64,000 bases of DNA from Somniosus microcephalus (Eukaryota). The notes under the pieces are model-generated. The model was not told the origin of the DNA and ran no database searches. It saw only the letters and a program-made list of their open reading frames with translations. The stretch is taken from the NCBI GenBank assembly GCA_052327205.1, contig CM126206.1, forward strand, positions 160,828,001-160,892,000, given 5' to 3'. Made by a program: the position numbers and the translations under genes. This document shows, piece by piece, positions 36,940-50,000 of the stretch (its first letter is position 1; each line of letters begins with the position of its first letter).

Positions 36940-37150
36940 CACAGAATCACAGAATCACAGAAACCCCACAGTGCAGATAGAGGCCATTTCGGCCCATCGA
37001 GCCTGCACCGACACATATCCCACCCGATCCCCGTAACCCCTACACCAACACATATCCCACCCTATCCCCGTAACCCCACGTATTTAATCCCCCTGACACT
37101 AAGGGTCAATTTATCATAGCCAATCAACCTAACCCGCACATCTTTGGACT
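36940..37150 (-). mobile_element. 5'-truncated HE1-type SINE
   Basis: Nearly identical to 48731-48939. Confidence 0.85.
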
Positions 37151-37730
37151 ATGTCTTATGATCTCCAGGACCGCCTCCTCCCAGGGGCTGAGGTGGGTTA
37201 CTGATGGTGGCCCTCCTCTTACATTGTGAGCTCTCTTTTCTTGCAATGAGGGAGACAAGTGGAGTTTGAGTGAGAATGAAGGAGAGTGTAGAGAATCCAT
37301 AGCATAGATGCTTAGAAGGAGACAAAGATGGAGTGAGGTGGCAAGACCAAGGGCCCTCCCTGTGTGTTGTCAGTTGTTTTCATAGCATCAGAGTGATAGG
37401 GAGTGTGAGGGCTGCATAGTCAAATAGTTAGGTGATTGTGACCATAGAGAGAGAGAGGGAATGGATAAAGGTGCATGGATGTCAGTGTCAAGTGGGATGT
37501 GGAGGAAGAGATTGCTAAAGCTGAGTGCTGGTGAGGAGAGGCAATGGAGATCAGATTGAGAGTGATGGGAACTTCTTACTCACTTTTCCAGTGTGCTAAA
37601 GGTCATGAAATCTCTTCCTGCACTGTATCCAGGTTCTGCGGGTAGCCGATAAGGAGTTAACCTCCTCTGCCACTTGCATCCATGCAGCCTTTGTCTGCTG
37701 GGGAGGCATCTTCCTCCCTGATGAAGCGAA

Positions 37731-40700
37731 TGTACGGATAACCGTAGCTGTCGTAAAGACCGCAGGGTTTGATTGACAGCTGGTTGACGGCTGATGTCAT
37801 ATCCGGGGGCGGGATCCGACGCCATCTTGGTCATGCTTCAGACACTGTACTGGGAGACACAGAGTCAGGACTGAATAAAATGGTTCTCCTCAACAACTGC
37901 TTGTGAGACTCATAATTACGTTACTAAGGTAACATTACATGGCACCAGGATTTATAGAACTCACGATAAGGACATAATGGAAGGAACAAAACCTTTGGCT
38001 AAATGTGGATGAAAATTGGCGTGTCTTCAAGCAACGCTTTCTTCTATACCTCACAGCGATTGACGCTTCGACTAGCTCTGGAACACAAAGTAGCTTTGTT
38101 GCTAACAGTGGCTGGCTCGCAGGCAATCGAGCTGTTTAATACATTTACGTTTGCAGCCGAAGATGATAAAAATGATCTGGACAAGGTGATAGAATGGTTC
38201 GATGAATACTGCACTCCAAAAAAGAGTGAAACGTACGAGAGATTCGTGTTTCGCTCCCGCATGCAAAAGCAAGGAGAATCCTTTGATGTTTTTTTGACGG
38301 ACTTGAAAATAACAGCACAAACATGCAACTTTAAGGACCTGAAGGAATTGATGATACGCAATCAAGTTGTTTTTGGAATACTCGACAAGAAGGTGAAGGA
38401 GAGAATGCTTAGAGATAATGACCTAAATTTGGATGCAGCAGTGAAAATTTGTCAGGCTAGTGAACTCTCAGCCATGCACACAAAAACTTTCGAAGGGAGC
38501 GCCCTGGGGCTGATAAACCTGCCAGTGGATGTGGTACACAAAAGAGACACAAGAGGGCCCACGGAGTTCAAGATAATGACGCCTTACGAATGCAGACAGT
38601 GCGGTAATAAACATGTGGCCAGACAGTGTCCTGCTTATGGGAAGAACTGCGCAAAATGTAAAGGCAGGAATCACTTTGCCAAGATGTGTTTTTTGGAAGA
38701 GAAAACTGAAGGTAAAAAGACAGTGCATGCTATTGTGACTGAAGAGACAGGGGCAGAGACTTTGTTGGTAGGAATGGTGCAAAATGAGTCAAAACAGGGC
38801 AAAAATGCTAAGGAAGTGCACTCTGTAGGACCAAAGACTGAAGTTTGGATAGTTCCCTTGTTGGTAAATGGCACCATTGTTCCCTTTAAGCAAGATACAG
38901 GTGCTAAGGCAAACCTCATAAGTTGGAGTGATGCACGGAATCTCAAAGTGCGACCTAAAATACTGAATAAGACAATGTCTTTGAAGGCATACAATGGACA
39001 AAGCATTGAAACAAAAGGAACGTGTAGGCTGAATGTTAAGGTAAAAAATCACATTCACCCTTTGACCTTTGTTATAGTGCCTGAAGGACATGAGTCACTG
39101 TTAGGGGATAAGGCCTGTGTGGATTTGGGCCTGGTAAAATGAATCTATACTATCAATGAACAGAACTGTGTGCAGAGTGCCCCCCAAGATAGTACAAATC
39201 TGACTCTTGAGACTATAGCACACAAATATGCAGATGTCTTTCAGGGTTTTGGAGCACTGCCCCTTACATACTCCATCAAACTGAGAGAGGATGCACAACC
39301 TGTGATTCACGCACCCAGGAGAGTTCCAGTGGCTCTCCGTGAAAAACTGAGGAAAGAGCTAGACTGCATGGAGGGACTAGCTGTCATAAAGAAGATTGAG
39401 GAACCGACTGACTGGGTAAATTCCATGGTCTGCGTCAATTCAAAGAAAACTGATAAATTGTGTGTCTGCATGGATCCCAAGGACCTTAACGCCAATATCA
39501 AAAGCGAGCACTACCAAATTCCAAAGAGAGAGGAAATAGTCAGTGAAATGACAGAGGCGAAAGTCTTCTCCAAAATGGACGCCTCGCATGGTTTCTGGCA
39601 GTTGAAACTTGATGAAGAAAGTGCTAAGCTGTGCACTTTCAACACCCCGTTTGGTCGATACTCCTACTAGCGTCTGCCCTTTGGTATTAGCTCTGCCCCA
39701 GAAATCTTTCACAGAGCAATGGAGCAAATCATCGAGGGCCTGGAGGGAGTGCGGGCGTATGTGGATGATCTGGTAGTATGGGGCTCCACTCAGGGGGAGC
39801 ACGACACCAGACTGGAGAAAACACTTCAGAGAATACAGCAGTATGGACTCAAACTAAATAAAGGCAAATGTCAGTTCAGTGTCAATGAAATCACATTCCT
39901 AGCAGACAAGATCTCTGCAGAGGGGATTCAGCCAGACAAGTCAAAGGTAAAGGCTATAAATGACATGGAGAAACCAAAGGACAAGAAAGGGGTTCAGCGG
40001 GCCCTTGGCATGGTTAACTACCTAGGAAAATTCATTCCAAATCTAGCAGTGAAAACTGTTCATCTGAGAAAACTGCTGCACCAAGAGACAGAGTTCCAAT
40101 GTGGACATAAACATGAGAGAGAATGGAAGGGGCTGCTACACATTCTAGCAAGTGAACCCCTACTGAAGTTCTTCTGCCCTAAAAAGAGGACAAAAGTGTC
40201 CACAGATGCCTCTAAGAATGGATTAAGGTCTGTCCTTCTACAGGAAGATGAAGGAGAATGGCGACCAGTGGCGTATGCGTCACGCTCCATGATGGCTACA
40301 GAGTGCCGGTACGCACAAATCGAGAAGGAGTGCCTTGGCTTGGCATTTGGGTGTGAAAAATTTCAAACCTACATCTATGGACTTCCCAAGGTTATCCTAG
40401 AAATGGACCATGAGCCACTGCTAGGGATCGCAAAGAAGAATCTGTGTGACATGTCACCACGGATACAATGCCTGATGATGAGACTTCAACGTTACGATTT
40501 TGAGCTAACATATGTGCCAGGGACACAAATGTTCATTGCAGACACACTATCCAAGGCTGCGCCGTACGCCACACAAAACAGTGAAACAGAAGAGGATGTG
40601 GCTTTTCATGTGGATATGATCTACGCAGCATTGCCCGCCACACAGGAACAACTATCAGTGATAGTCACAGAGACATCAAAGGATCCAGTCCTGAGTAAAG

Positions 40701-42359
40701 TAATGAGAAATCTTCAAGAGGGCTGGAAGAAAGGGTCATATAAACAATATTATTAAATTCAGTCTGAGCTCTCAGTGCTCAATGGATTACTGCTTAAGTG
40801 TAACAGGATAGTAGTGCCCACCTCTATGCGATGAGAAATGCTCAACAGTACACATGAAGGGCACCTGGGTGCAGAAAAGTCGAAAAGGAGAGCACGGGAG
40901 GCACTCTACTGGCCAAACATGAACTCTGATATTGACCAGTTGATCAGCGAGTGTGCTACATGTCAGGAGTATCACTACAAGCAAACAAAAGAGCCCCTCA
41001 TTACCACAGAGCACCCATCACAACCTTGGGAAAAGGTCGGAACTGATATATTTCACTATGAAGGAAAAGACTATTTGTTAGTTATTGATTATTATTCCAA
41101 TTATCCGGAGATTGCTCTCCTGTCCAGTACCACATCAAGAGCTGTGATAACTCACCTGAAGTCAATCTTTGCCAGGCAGGGCATCCCTCTAACCCTGGTC
41201 TCTGATAATGGCCCTCTCTATGCCAGTCATGAGTTTCAGTTATTTGCTTCAGCATATGAGTTTAATCATGTAACCTCCAGTCCGCTCTATCCTCAGGCTA
41301 ATGGAAAAGCGGAGAAGGGGGTACAGATTGTGAAAAGACTATTAAAGAAAGCAGCACAGAGCAACACTGACCCATATCTGGCCCTGATGTCATACAGGGC
41401 GGGCCTGCTAGCAAGTGGCAAGTCTCCAGCTGAGCTCTTACTGAGTCGGAAAATCCGTACACGACTTCCCAGTTATGTCACACCTAACCACAGAGATGAG
41501 GTGTGGGCAGACAAGGCTCGGAAGCTACAACAGAAACAAAAAACACTTCATGACCGCACAGCCACCACACTAGTACCTCTACAGTAGAAGGATATAGATC
41601 GCATTGAAGGGCCTGAGTCATGGCCTACAAGAGCCACCGTTCCACAACAGGTCACCCCCAGGTCATACAGTGTCATGACAGAGAACGGCAATGTGTTTCA
41701 CAGAAACAGGAGGCACCTACTGAAAACCAAAGAGACATTTCAGCCTCAGGAGGACAGAGTTGATGACGAGATGAGGGAAATGCCACAAAGAGACGAGATG
41801 AGGGAAATGCCACAAAGTGACGAAGGACACAATAGTGATAATGTGGCAAGGGACCTGTGTGGTACAGACATGAGCTTAAGGGATACAACTGGGGTGGTTC
41901 AGCATGCACCCGTTCAGCCACGCAGGTCACAGCGCACCAGAAAACCTGTAGTTAAACTTGACCTGTAGACAGGGATTGATAATACTGTAAACAGTTAATG
42001 GACTCATGGGTGTGGGTAAGGTTTATACCTACCTGCAATTAGTTCAACGGTGTAGTTACACTGACTGGTTTTTTATGATGTTAACAAGTGTTCTATGTGT
42101 TATGTTATGTTATGTTGTTATTGTGTTATGTCTTCATTGAAGGGGGAAGATGTACGGATAACCGTAGCTGTCGTAAAGACAGCAGGGTTTGATTGACAGC
42201 TGGTTGACGGCTGATGTCATATCCGGGGACGGGATCTGACGCCATCTTGGCCATGCTTCAGACACTGTACTGGGAGACACAGAGTCAGGACTGAATAAAA
42301 TGGTCCTCCTCAACAACTGCTTGTGAGACTCGTAATTACGTTACTAAGATAACATTACA
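37731..42359 (+). mobile_element. Gypsy LTR retrotransposon 3, full length, defective; relative of Gypsy 2
   Basis: 209-bp LTRs at 37731-37939 and 42151-42359 (about 7 differences). PBS TGGCACCAGGA, PPT GAAGGGGGAAGA, degenerate TSD GCGAA/CGGAA. Confidence 0.96.
37977..41968 (+). pseudogene. gag-pol of Gypsy 3 (protease QDTG, RT YVDD, RNase H, integrase)
   Basis: Collinear ORFs 38003..39142, 39170..39670, 39719..40756, 40838..41587 and 41675..41968, separated by in-frame stops. Confidence 0.95.
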
Positions 42360-43334
42360 CGGAAGAGCACCTCCTTGTGATCTCTTGCTCCCTCCACTAA
42401 AGCCTGCAGGGCAATGTCATCAAAACGGGGTGCAGACCTCAGTCTTTCTCTTGCCATTCTGCTTCCAGCTCAGTGTATCAACAAATGCCAAAAGGTTGGC
42501 AGCCTGTAGAAGAAGCAAGGCTTGTTGCAGACCTTAAATGCAGCAGCAATAATGACGTCATATTATGCGACTTTCTGACTGGAAATACTCATTTGCCAAG
42601 GGTTCCCACACGTTGGAAATCAATTGGGCAATTGAGTTAAAATTGCATCAATCTCACACACCCATTTAGATTCATGTGGGAAACACCAAATTCGGGGAAC
42701 TCAACAATTCCCCGCACCTGAGTTAAAATCGACCCCAAAGCACTCAAGGATTGTGTCTCTGATATAAAGATGTCTTGAGATCTTTGCCACTCAGCGGATT
42801 GAAAACTGGCCTAAAATTGGTCCCTCCGTCGAAGCAAAGGTTGCAGACATTGCTTTAGCTTTAAAAAAAAGTTAAATAAATAGAATTGCTACTGTTAGCA
42901 TGAGTAGAAGTAAAGTTAAAGTTACAATAAGAATTGATGGGAGAGCATTGGGAAGATAAGGGAATGTGATGAAAAGAGAGACAAAGGGACAAGCAGAATT
43001 AAAGATTCTTTAATTTTAACTTAAAATTGTGTTTTAAGTATTAAGTAGGTTAGAGCAAATATTACAAAAATAAAGCCATTTTTGATTTTGGGTACCCTCA
43101 TTACTATAATATTTGTATTATTTTCAGCACCACCATGTATAAAACCAGATAGCCCAGGGAGAGAGGAATTTCACTGGACCTGCCAGGTTTAATCCAAGTC
43201 AGTAAAAATAGCATTTCCATCAAAACGAATGTACTCGCATTAACAGTAACCAGAGAGCTCTCCAGAAAGTAGCTCCACTGATGTCCAGGCCCTGTATAAA
43301 TGATCAGCGTTAAAAATGCTTGTAAGTTTCTTCA

Positions 43335-43740
43335 AGGGCTCAGCTGTTAAATGTATAGACAGTGCTGAGCTAGGACACATGGTCTAGGAAAGTCCCAGGC
43401 TCAATCTCTGGTCTGTGCTGAATTAGTGGATCTTAGCTGGGGTGGTGGTAGTGGCGTTACATTTAACCTCAGCATTCCCGAGCTAGGGAGCAGAAAATGA
43501 TCTAGAAATTCTGCTCCTGATTGCTGTACAGTGGCTGCTGCTAGAAATTATGCATGTGGAATTCATTGAGGACATAGAGTTCCCCTCCCACCATGGTACC
43601 CATAGCCTGCTGATATTCGCTCTCTATGCTGATGGGTGAAAATGTGCCATTCATGTGAGTTATCAAAGGGCAGTCAACATCTGTGGAACCATGTCGCAGC
43701 ATAATTCAGGCTTTGAGGAGAGGCAGGGAGAAAATTGGAA
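43335..43740 (+). mobile_element. Old tRNA-derived SINE, same family as 9335-9750
   Basis: Shared blocks GTCTGTGCTG..TTAG..GATCT.AGC, CTCCTGATTGCT and GGAGAGG..GGGAG. Confidence 0.55.
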
Positions 43741-44799
43741 TTCTTCTTTTAAATCTTACAATAGTTTTATTTTTTTTATTGACCTAATCACTCCCTAACA
43801 TTGGCATTCATGCCAATTTCCAATCAGAAGTCCGGACAGCCAAGCTATTAAATCATGCATTCAGTGAAGTGCTACAGCAACTTATATCTGCATCTTTTTA
43901 ACTTGCATCTTATAAAGTTCCTGAAAATGTGAGTTCTAATATTGGAAAAGGCTCAGCACTTCCTCGGTTAGGTCAAAATAAAGCAGCTTCTTTCTATAGT
44001 TATTGTGTCCAAGCTATCTTTGTTAATTATTTGCTAATGTAATCTATTAGCAAACTTATATAATCATGTTTTCTTTTTTTGGAGTGGTAGCTGAGCCACA
44101 GGGGAATGGTGCTGAGGAGAGATACACAAACAAACAAAGCTGAAAGATTTCAATGTTCTGAAAGATTCAACCCTTTGCAATTCAAAGGAATCATTTTAGA
44201 AAATCTTTTATCATTCATCAAATTGGCAATTTTAAAGTATTGTGCAGCCACTTACATACTTAGAATAACTGAATGCAAAATTTGTTTCAATCACAGAGCC
44301 AGAAACCATGGCTGGAAGGTTAATTCTGACAGTTCCAGCTCAGAGGAAAAACAGACATGCATGAGAATGACCAATTCCTGGTGTAAAAAGTACATATATA
44401 TCTTTTTGAAAAGGAAGTGACCATTATGGTGTTTGCCAAGAACACTATTGTAGTTGAAGATTTCCGAACAGAGAATGCTTGCTTATGAGGGGAAGAACAT
44501 CTTTGATGAAAAAACCTAGATGAGCAGCATTTTAAAAATGTTACTAAATATTGCCGGGTATTCCTTTGGCTAGTTATTCGTCCATATTTTACATTTACAA
44601 AGCAGGTGCATAACATTACCAGTAGGATAAATAAAATGCTTGGTAGAATTTCTAACCGAAAAATAGCACATCACCATTTGGTGACAAATGAGTTAAGATT
44701 GTGCTGTGGGCTATTGGTGTGTCTTCACATTATTCATAGACCATTCCTCTCTCCATTATATTTTAATAAAGGCATTAATCCATTTAAAATAAACATATT

Positions 44800-45560
44800 G
44801 GCCCAGAATTTGCGGTCGAGATAATGGCCAACTGGCAGCGTTTACCGTCATTCTGCCTTTGACTGCAACTTTGCAATTTGGCACATGCGCAGGCACATGC
44901 AGAAATCCCAATGTTGCGGTCAGTCATTGACAACCCCGAAACAGGCTGCGCTGTGCACCCCTGCCACGACCCCCCCAGAACAGCCAAATCATTGAAACTG
45001 ATGAAAACTTCAGCCCTTCCACTGTAATTATGCTGTTAAATTCCCCACTAAAAGTTAGAACTGAAGGGATTGGGTGTAACTGGGGTTTTGACAGCGTTAT
45101 TACTGCAAAACAAATGTTAAGGGCCTGGAAAACTAATTTAAATTTTGTGCAGTGTGAAATTTGTCCATTTTAATAAAAATTAAAAATTTTAAGAAACTTT
45201 TCAAAAAATGTTTTTTTAACTTTTTTTTAATGTTTATCCATCTTTATTTCAGGTTTACCTTTTCCTCACGTGAGAGCTCCAATTTTTTTTTGCTTTCTTT
45301 AACATTTTTAAAAAGTCAAAATTTTAAGAGCTTACTCACTTTCTTGTTTGCTGACTGTGAATTCTGCGTTTTGATTGGCTGCTTAGACAGCCTGTTGACA
45401 GACAGCTCACATGAGGGGATCCCCACTGTATTCTGTTGCTTTGACTTGAAGGTCAGAAAACCCAAAGTTCTCGACACAGGGATCGCGAGATCCTTGTGCG
45501 AAGCGTACTTCGGGGCCAGTACCAAATGCCTGCTTTGCTGTCGATTGCAAATTCCGGGCC
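44800..45560. mobile_element. Harbinger-type MITE
   Basis: ATT|GGCCCAGAATTTGCGGTCGA ... TCGATTGCAAATTCCGGGCC|ATT (20-bp TIR, 3 mismatches). Confidence 0.85.
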
Positions 45561-45929
45561 ATTAATGGTTTCAGTAGTAATATATCACACAGAGTAATCT
45601 CAACCTGAAAAGGTTGCTGACTCCAAAGCAATAAGTGAACAAGTGAAAAAAAAATCCACTTTGAACATTTTTCTGGTAGATGAAAGGATTTAAATCATTG
45701 TTGAGAGCTGGATATTAGAAAAGTGCTCTGTAATTTGAAGACACGTTACCTGAAGCGTGCAGTTTCTCTTTGATATGAGGACACAGTTTCATTAGCAAGA
45801 TACATTTTTTTATTGGAACCGTCATAAGAAAAAAGTTTACTTTGCAATACTCAATATGCTTTGATGGCACACACATAAAAGATGTTCAATAGATGTGATG
45901 AATCTCCATCAAAATTTTTGTAACCATTC

Positions 45930-46240
45930 TCAGGATGTGGGAGTCGCTGGCAAGGCAGGCATTTATTGCCCATCTCTAGTTGTCCTTAAGGTAGTGGTGG
46001 TGGATCTTCTCCTTCAACCATAGTGGTCTGATGCAACTGAGCGGCTTGCTGGGCCCCTTTCAGAGAGTAGTTAAGAGTTAACCACATTGGAGTGGGACTG
46101 GAGTTACATATAGGCCAGACCACGTAAGGACAGGTTTCCTTCCCTAAAGGACATTAGTGATATAGTTGGGTTTTTTACAACAATCCAACAGCTTCATAGT
46201 CACTTTTACTGATACCAGTTTATTTATTTCCAGATTTTGC
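45930..46240 (-). mobile_element. Short derivative of the 15510 LINE family (5' UTR joined to 3' UTR)
   Basis: The LINE 3' tail (GGATGTGGGAGTCGCTGGCAAGG) is directly adjacent to the block also seen at 17370-17560. Confidence 0.6.
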
Positions 46241-47038
46241 ACATATGAATCCAGACATATATATTTTAACACAATGCATTTATAGGCTTACCATAAAGAA
46301 AATAAAGTGAATCCTTAAATTCCTACTTAATATTTCACTGCATTTGTTTATACATTAAATCTATTTTGTTACATATTTAACAACTGCAGCTCTGGTGTAT
46401 GACTTTTTATCACTGACAAATCTCAGGATTATTAATAATTGGTTTTATAATTAGATTTAAAACAAAATGAATAAGTTAAATAAAGAATTTTCCCATGAAT
46501 AAGTCAGAGTAAGGCACAAGTCAGAAGTGCGATGGAATATTCTCCACTTGCCTGGATGGGTGCAGCTGCAACAACTCTCTAGAAGCTCCACACAATCCAG
46601 GACAAAACAGCCTGCTTGATTGATTCCCCATCCACTAGTTTAAAAGTTCCAATCCCACCACCAGCAGCAGACTGTGCCTGCAGTGCGTATCATCTACAAG
46701 ATGCACTGCAGCAACTTGCCAAGGCTTCTTCAGTAGCATCTCCCAAATTCACGATCTCTACTGTTAAGTCCGTGAATGATTTAGACATGGACTAGCAGGA
46801 GTGAAAACAAACACATCTTTACTGGTGGAAGTCCATAACGAAACTAAACAGAGGCTCTCTAGCGCCTTTTATACAGGGGTGGTCACTGCAGTCTGAGACC
46901 AGTTATTCTCTTAAAGGTACACACACAACAATTCCTCCTCTTTTAGATAAACAGTACATAACATTCATTTAACAACTAAATGATAACGAATTACAATCAC
47001 AATTACTGTTACTAGATACAGTGGTTAAGTTTAAGCAA

Positions 47039-50000
47039 TTATAAGTTCAGTCTTTGAGGAGGCTTCCTGATTCTGTCTGGATAACGCCTCTTTGGGGTAA
47101 CAGGCTCTTCTGGCAATGTTGAGTCGGAATCAATGTTGTTGTTTGGTTCATCTGCTTCCAATATTACCGGTTCTGCGGTAGCTGCAATTGGAACGTCGAT
47201 TTCATTACCAGGTGTATCAGATCGTGGTGTGGAGTTGACGTTTTCCAGTGACTCTAGAATCTGGTCAGCATGGCGTCTTACAATGCTCTCCCCAACGTCC
47301 ACGGTATACATGAGAGGTCCTTGTTGTGTACAAATCGTTCCTGGCTGCCATTTCTCAGTGCGGTAGTCCCGGGCCAAAACTGGTTGACCTAACTTAAAAC
47401 TCCTGGTCGGCCTTTCATTCATATTCTGAAATTGCCTGTTCTCCACATCTCTTCGGACGTTTGGCTTAACCAAATCCAAGCGGCATCGTAGTCTTCGATT
47501 GAAGAACATCATGGCTGGAGTTTGGTTGGTAACCGCATGTGTCGCATTCCGGTAGGCAAACAAGAAGTTATCCACCTTGTGTTGTAGGGGTATATCTTCA
47601 TTACACATTGCCTTGATAGCCTTCTTGAATGTTTGGACAAACCTCTCGGCCAATCCATTAGTGGCTGGATGATATGGGGCAGATGTGTAATGCTTAACAC
47701 CATTGTTCTTTAAGAACCTCCGGAACTCTTCAGACACAAACTGTGGTCCATTGTCAGAGCAAATCTGTTCAGGCAGCCCATTCCTGGCGAATATGGTTCG
47801 TAAAACTGTGATAGTTTTTTCCGTCGTGGTTGAGGACATTTTTATTACCTCTGGCCACTTTGAATGTGCATCCACCGCAATTAAAAACATCGAGTCCATG
47901 AAGGGACCAGCAAAATCAATGTGCACCCTTTGCCATGGAGATGAGGGCCACTCCCATGGATGCAGAGGAGCTTGTGGTGGGGCGTTTTGGACCTTCTGGC
48001 ATCCTGCACAGCTCTTGGTCATCTCTTCGATTTCTCTATCGATTCCCGGCCACCACACAAACGCTCTGGCTAAGCTCTTCATTTTTACCCCACCCAGATG
48101 ACCCTCATGAAGCTCATTGAGCACTCTATCCGTCAACTTAGGTGGAATTACTACTCTGGATCCACACATCAAGGTTCCTCTGCACACTGACAGCTGTTCT
48201 CTTCTCGGCGAGAATGCTGGCAGCAGTGGTTCGCCATGTGCTGGCCATCCCTTCACCGTTAAATCATAGACCCGTGATAGTGTCGGGTCATTCCGTGTTT
48301 CCTTTTCTATGTTTGCATTCGTCACAGGGAGACATTCGACTATGGTCGAGTGGAATAACTCCATTGGATCCACCGCAAGGTCTTCTTCTTCCACCGTCGG
48401 CAATGGTAGACGTGACAATCCATCAGCATTTCCATGCTGTTTAGTTCCTTTGTACTTGATGTCATATTGGTGTGCCCCTAGGAAAAGGGACCATCTCTGC
48501 AGCCGTTGTGCTGTCATTATCGGTACGCCCTTCTGAGGGTTGAAAACGGAGACAAGAGGTTGATGATCGGTTAGTAGAGTAAATTTTTGACCATGCAGAT
48601 AGTGATTGAACTTCTTCACTCCCCACACTAGGCTGAGGGCCTCTCTGTCAATCTGGGCGTAGTTACGCTCGGCAGAAGTTAACGAGCGTGACGCAAAAGC
48701 TATCGGCCTCTCCAAACCATCAAGGAATTTCAGAATCACAGAATCACAGAAACCTCACAGTGCAGATAGAGGCCATTTCGGCCCATCGAGCCTGCACCGA
48801 CACATATCCCACCCGATCCCCGTAACCCCTACACCAACACATATCCCACCCTATCCCCGTAACCCCACGTATTTAATCCCCCTAACACTAAGGGTCAATT
48901 TATCATAGCCAATCAACCTAACCCGCACATCTTTGGACTGTGGGAGGAAACCGGAGCACCCGGAGGAAACCCACGCAAACACGGGGAGAATGTGCAAACT
49001 CCACACAGACAGTCACCCGAGGCCGGATTCGAACCCGGGTCCCTGGCGCTGTGAGGCAACAGTGCTAACCACTATGCCACCGTGCTGCCCATTTATGTGA
49101 CAGTACCACCCCAATGCCGTAGGGAGACGCATCACACGCCAGCCTGATTGGCAGTGCTGGGTTGTAGTGAGCCAATACTTCCTTTGAAGTGATTAAGTCC
49201 TTGCTCTTCTGAAAAGCACGTTTACAATCATCGCTCCATTTCCATGCTACCCCCGTTCATAGCAGGGCGTTCAGTGGGTGCAGAATTGTCGACAAATTCA
49301 GCAAAAACTTATGATAGTAATTCACCAACCCGAGGAATGACCTTAGTTGCAACACATTTTCAGGCGCTGGGGCCTTAACAACCGCTTCAATTTTGCCAGG
49401 GGACTTATGTAACCCCTCTTCATCAATCACGTGGCCACAATACAATATCTGTTTCCTAAAAAATTCGCACTTGGGGCGGTTGGCTCGCAGCCCATGTTCC
49501 CGTAGTCTAGTGAGCACCTGTTCTAGGTTGTTAAGGTGTTCACTGTCATCTTCACCTGTTACAAGGATGTCGTCCAAGTAACACTGAGTCCCCGGAATCC
49601 CTTGCAGGACTTGTTCCATCACTCTTTGCCATATCGCCGGAGCCGATGCTACTCCGAATACCAATCGATGATACTGGCAAAGACCTTTGTGAGTGTTTAT
49701 CGTGAGATACTTCCTAGAGGACTCTTCAACCTCCATCTGCAAATATGCTTGTGCTAGGTCAATTTTTGTAAAACGCTTCCCTCCAGACAGCGAGGCGAAG
49801 ATGTCTTCTATCCTTGGAAGAGGATATTGTACTGTGCGAAGGACAGGGTTCACCATCACCTTGAAATCCCCACAGATGCGAATCTTCCTTGGCTCTCCGG
49901 ACTTATTGCTTAACGTTTTCTTCATGACAGGAACGATGGGTGTCGCCCACTCGCTCCAGTCGACCTTAGACAACATGCCCACCTTCTCCAGATTCTCCAG

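Larger units (their letters stand above)
35375..42736. mobile_element. Non-autonomous Harbinger (copy C), same family as copy B, inverted
   Basis: AAA|GGGGTCAATTTTAACTCAG ... CTGAGTTAAAATCGACCCC|AAA (19-bp TIR, 1 mismatch). Myb gene on - with its ATG at 42457. Confidence 0.92.

Noticed and set aside
41765-41820. 27-bp tandem duplication (DEMREMPQ x2)
   Set aside because: Ordinary slippage in the variable integrase tail of Gypsy 3.
43128-43200. Possible exon after TTATTTTCAG
   Set aside because: Weak donor and no recognisable peptide in any frame.
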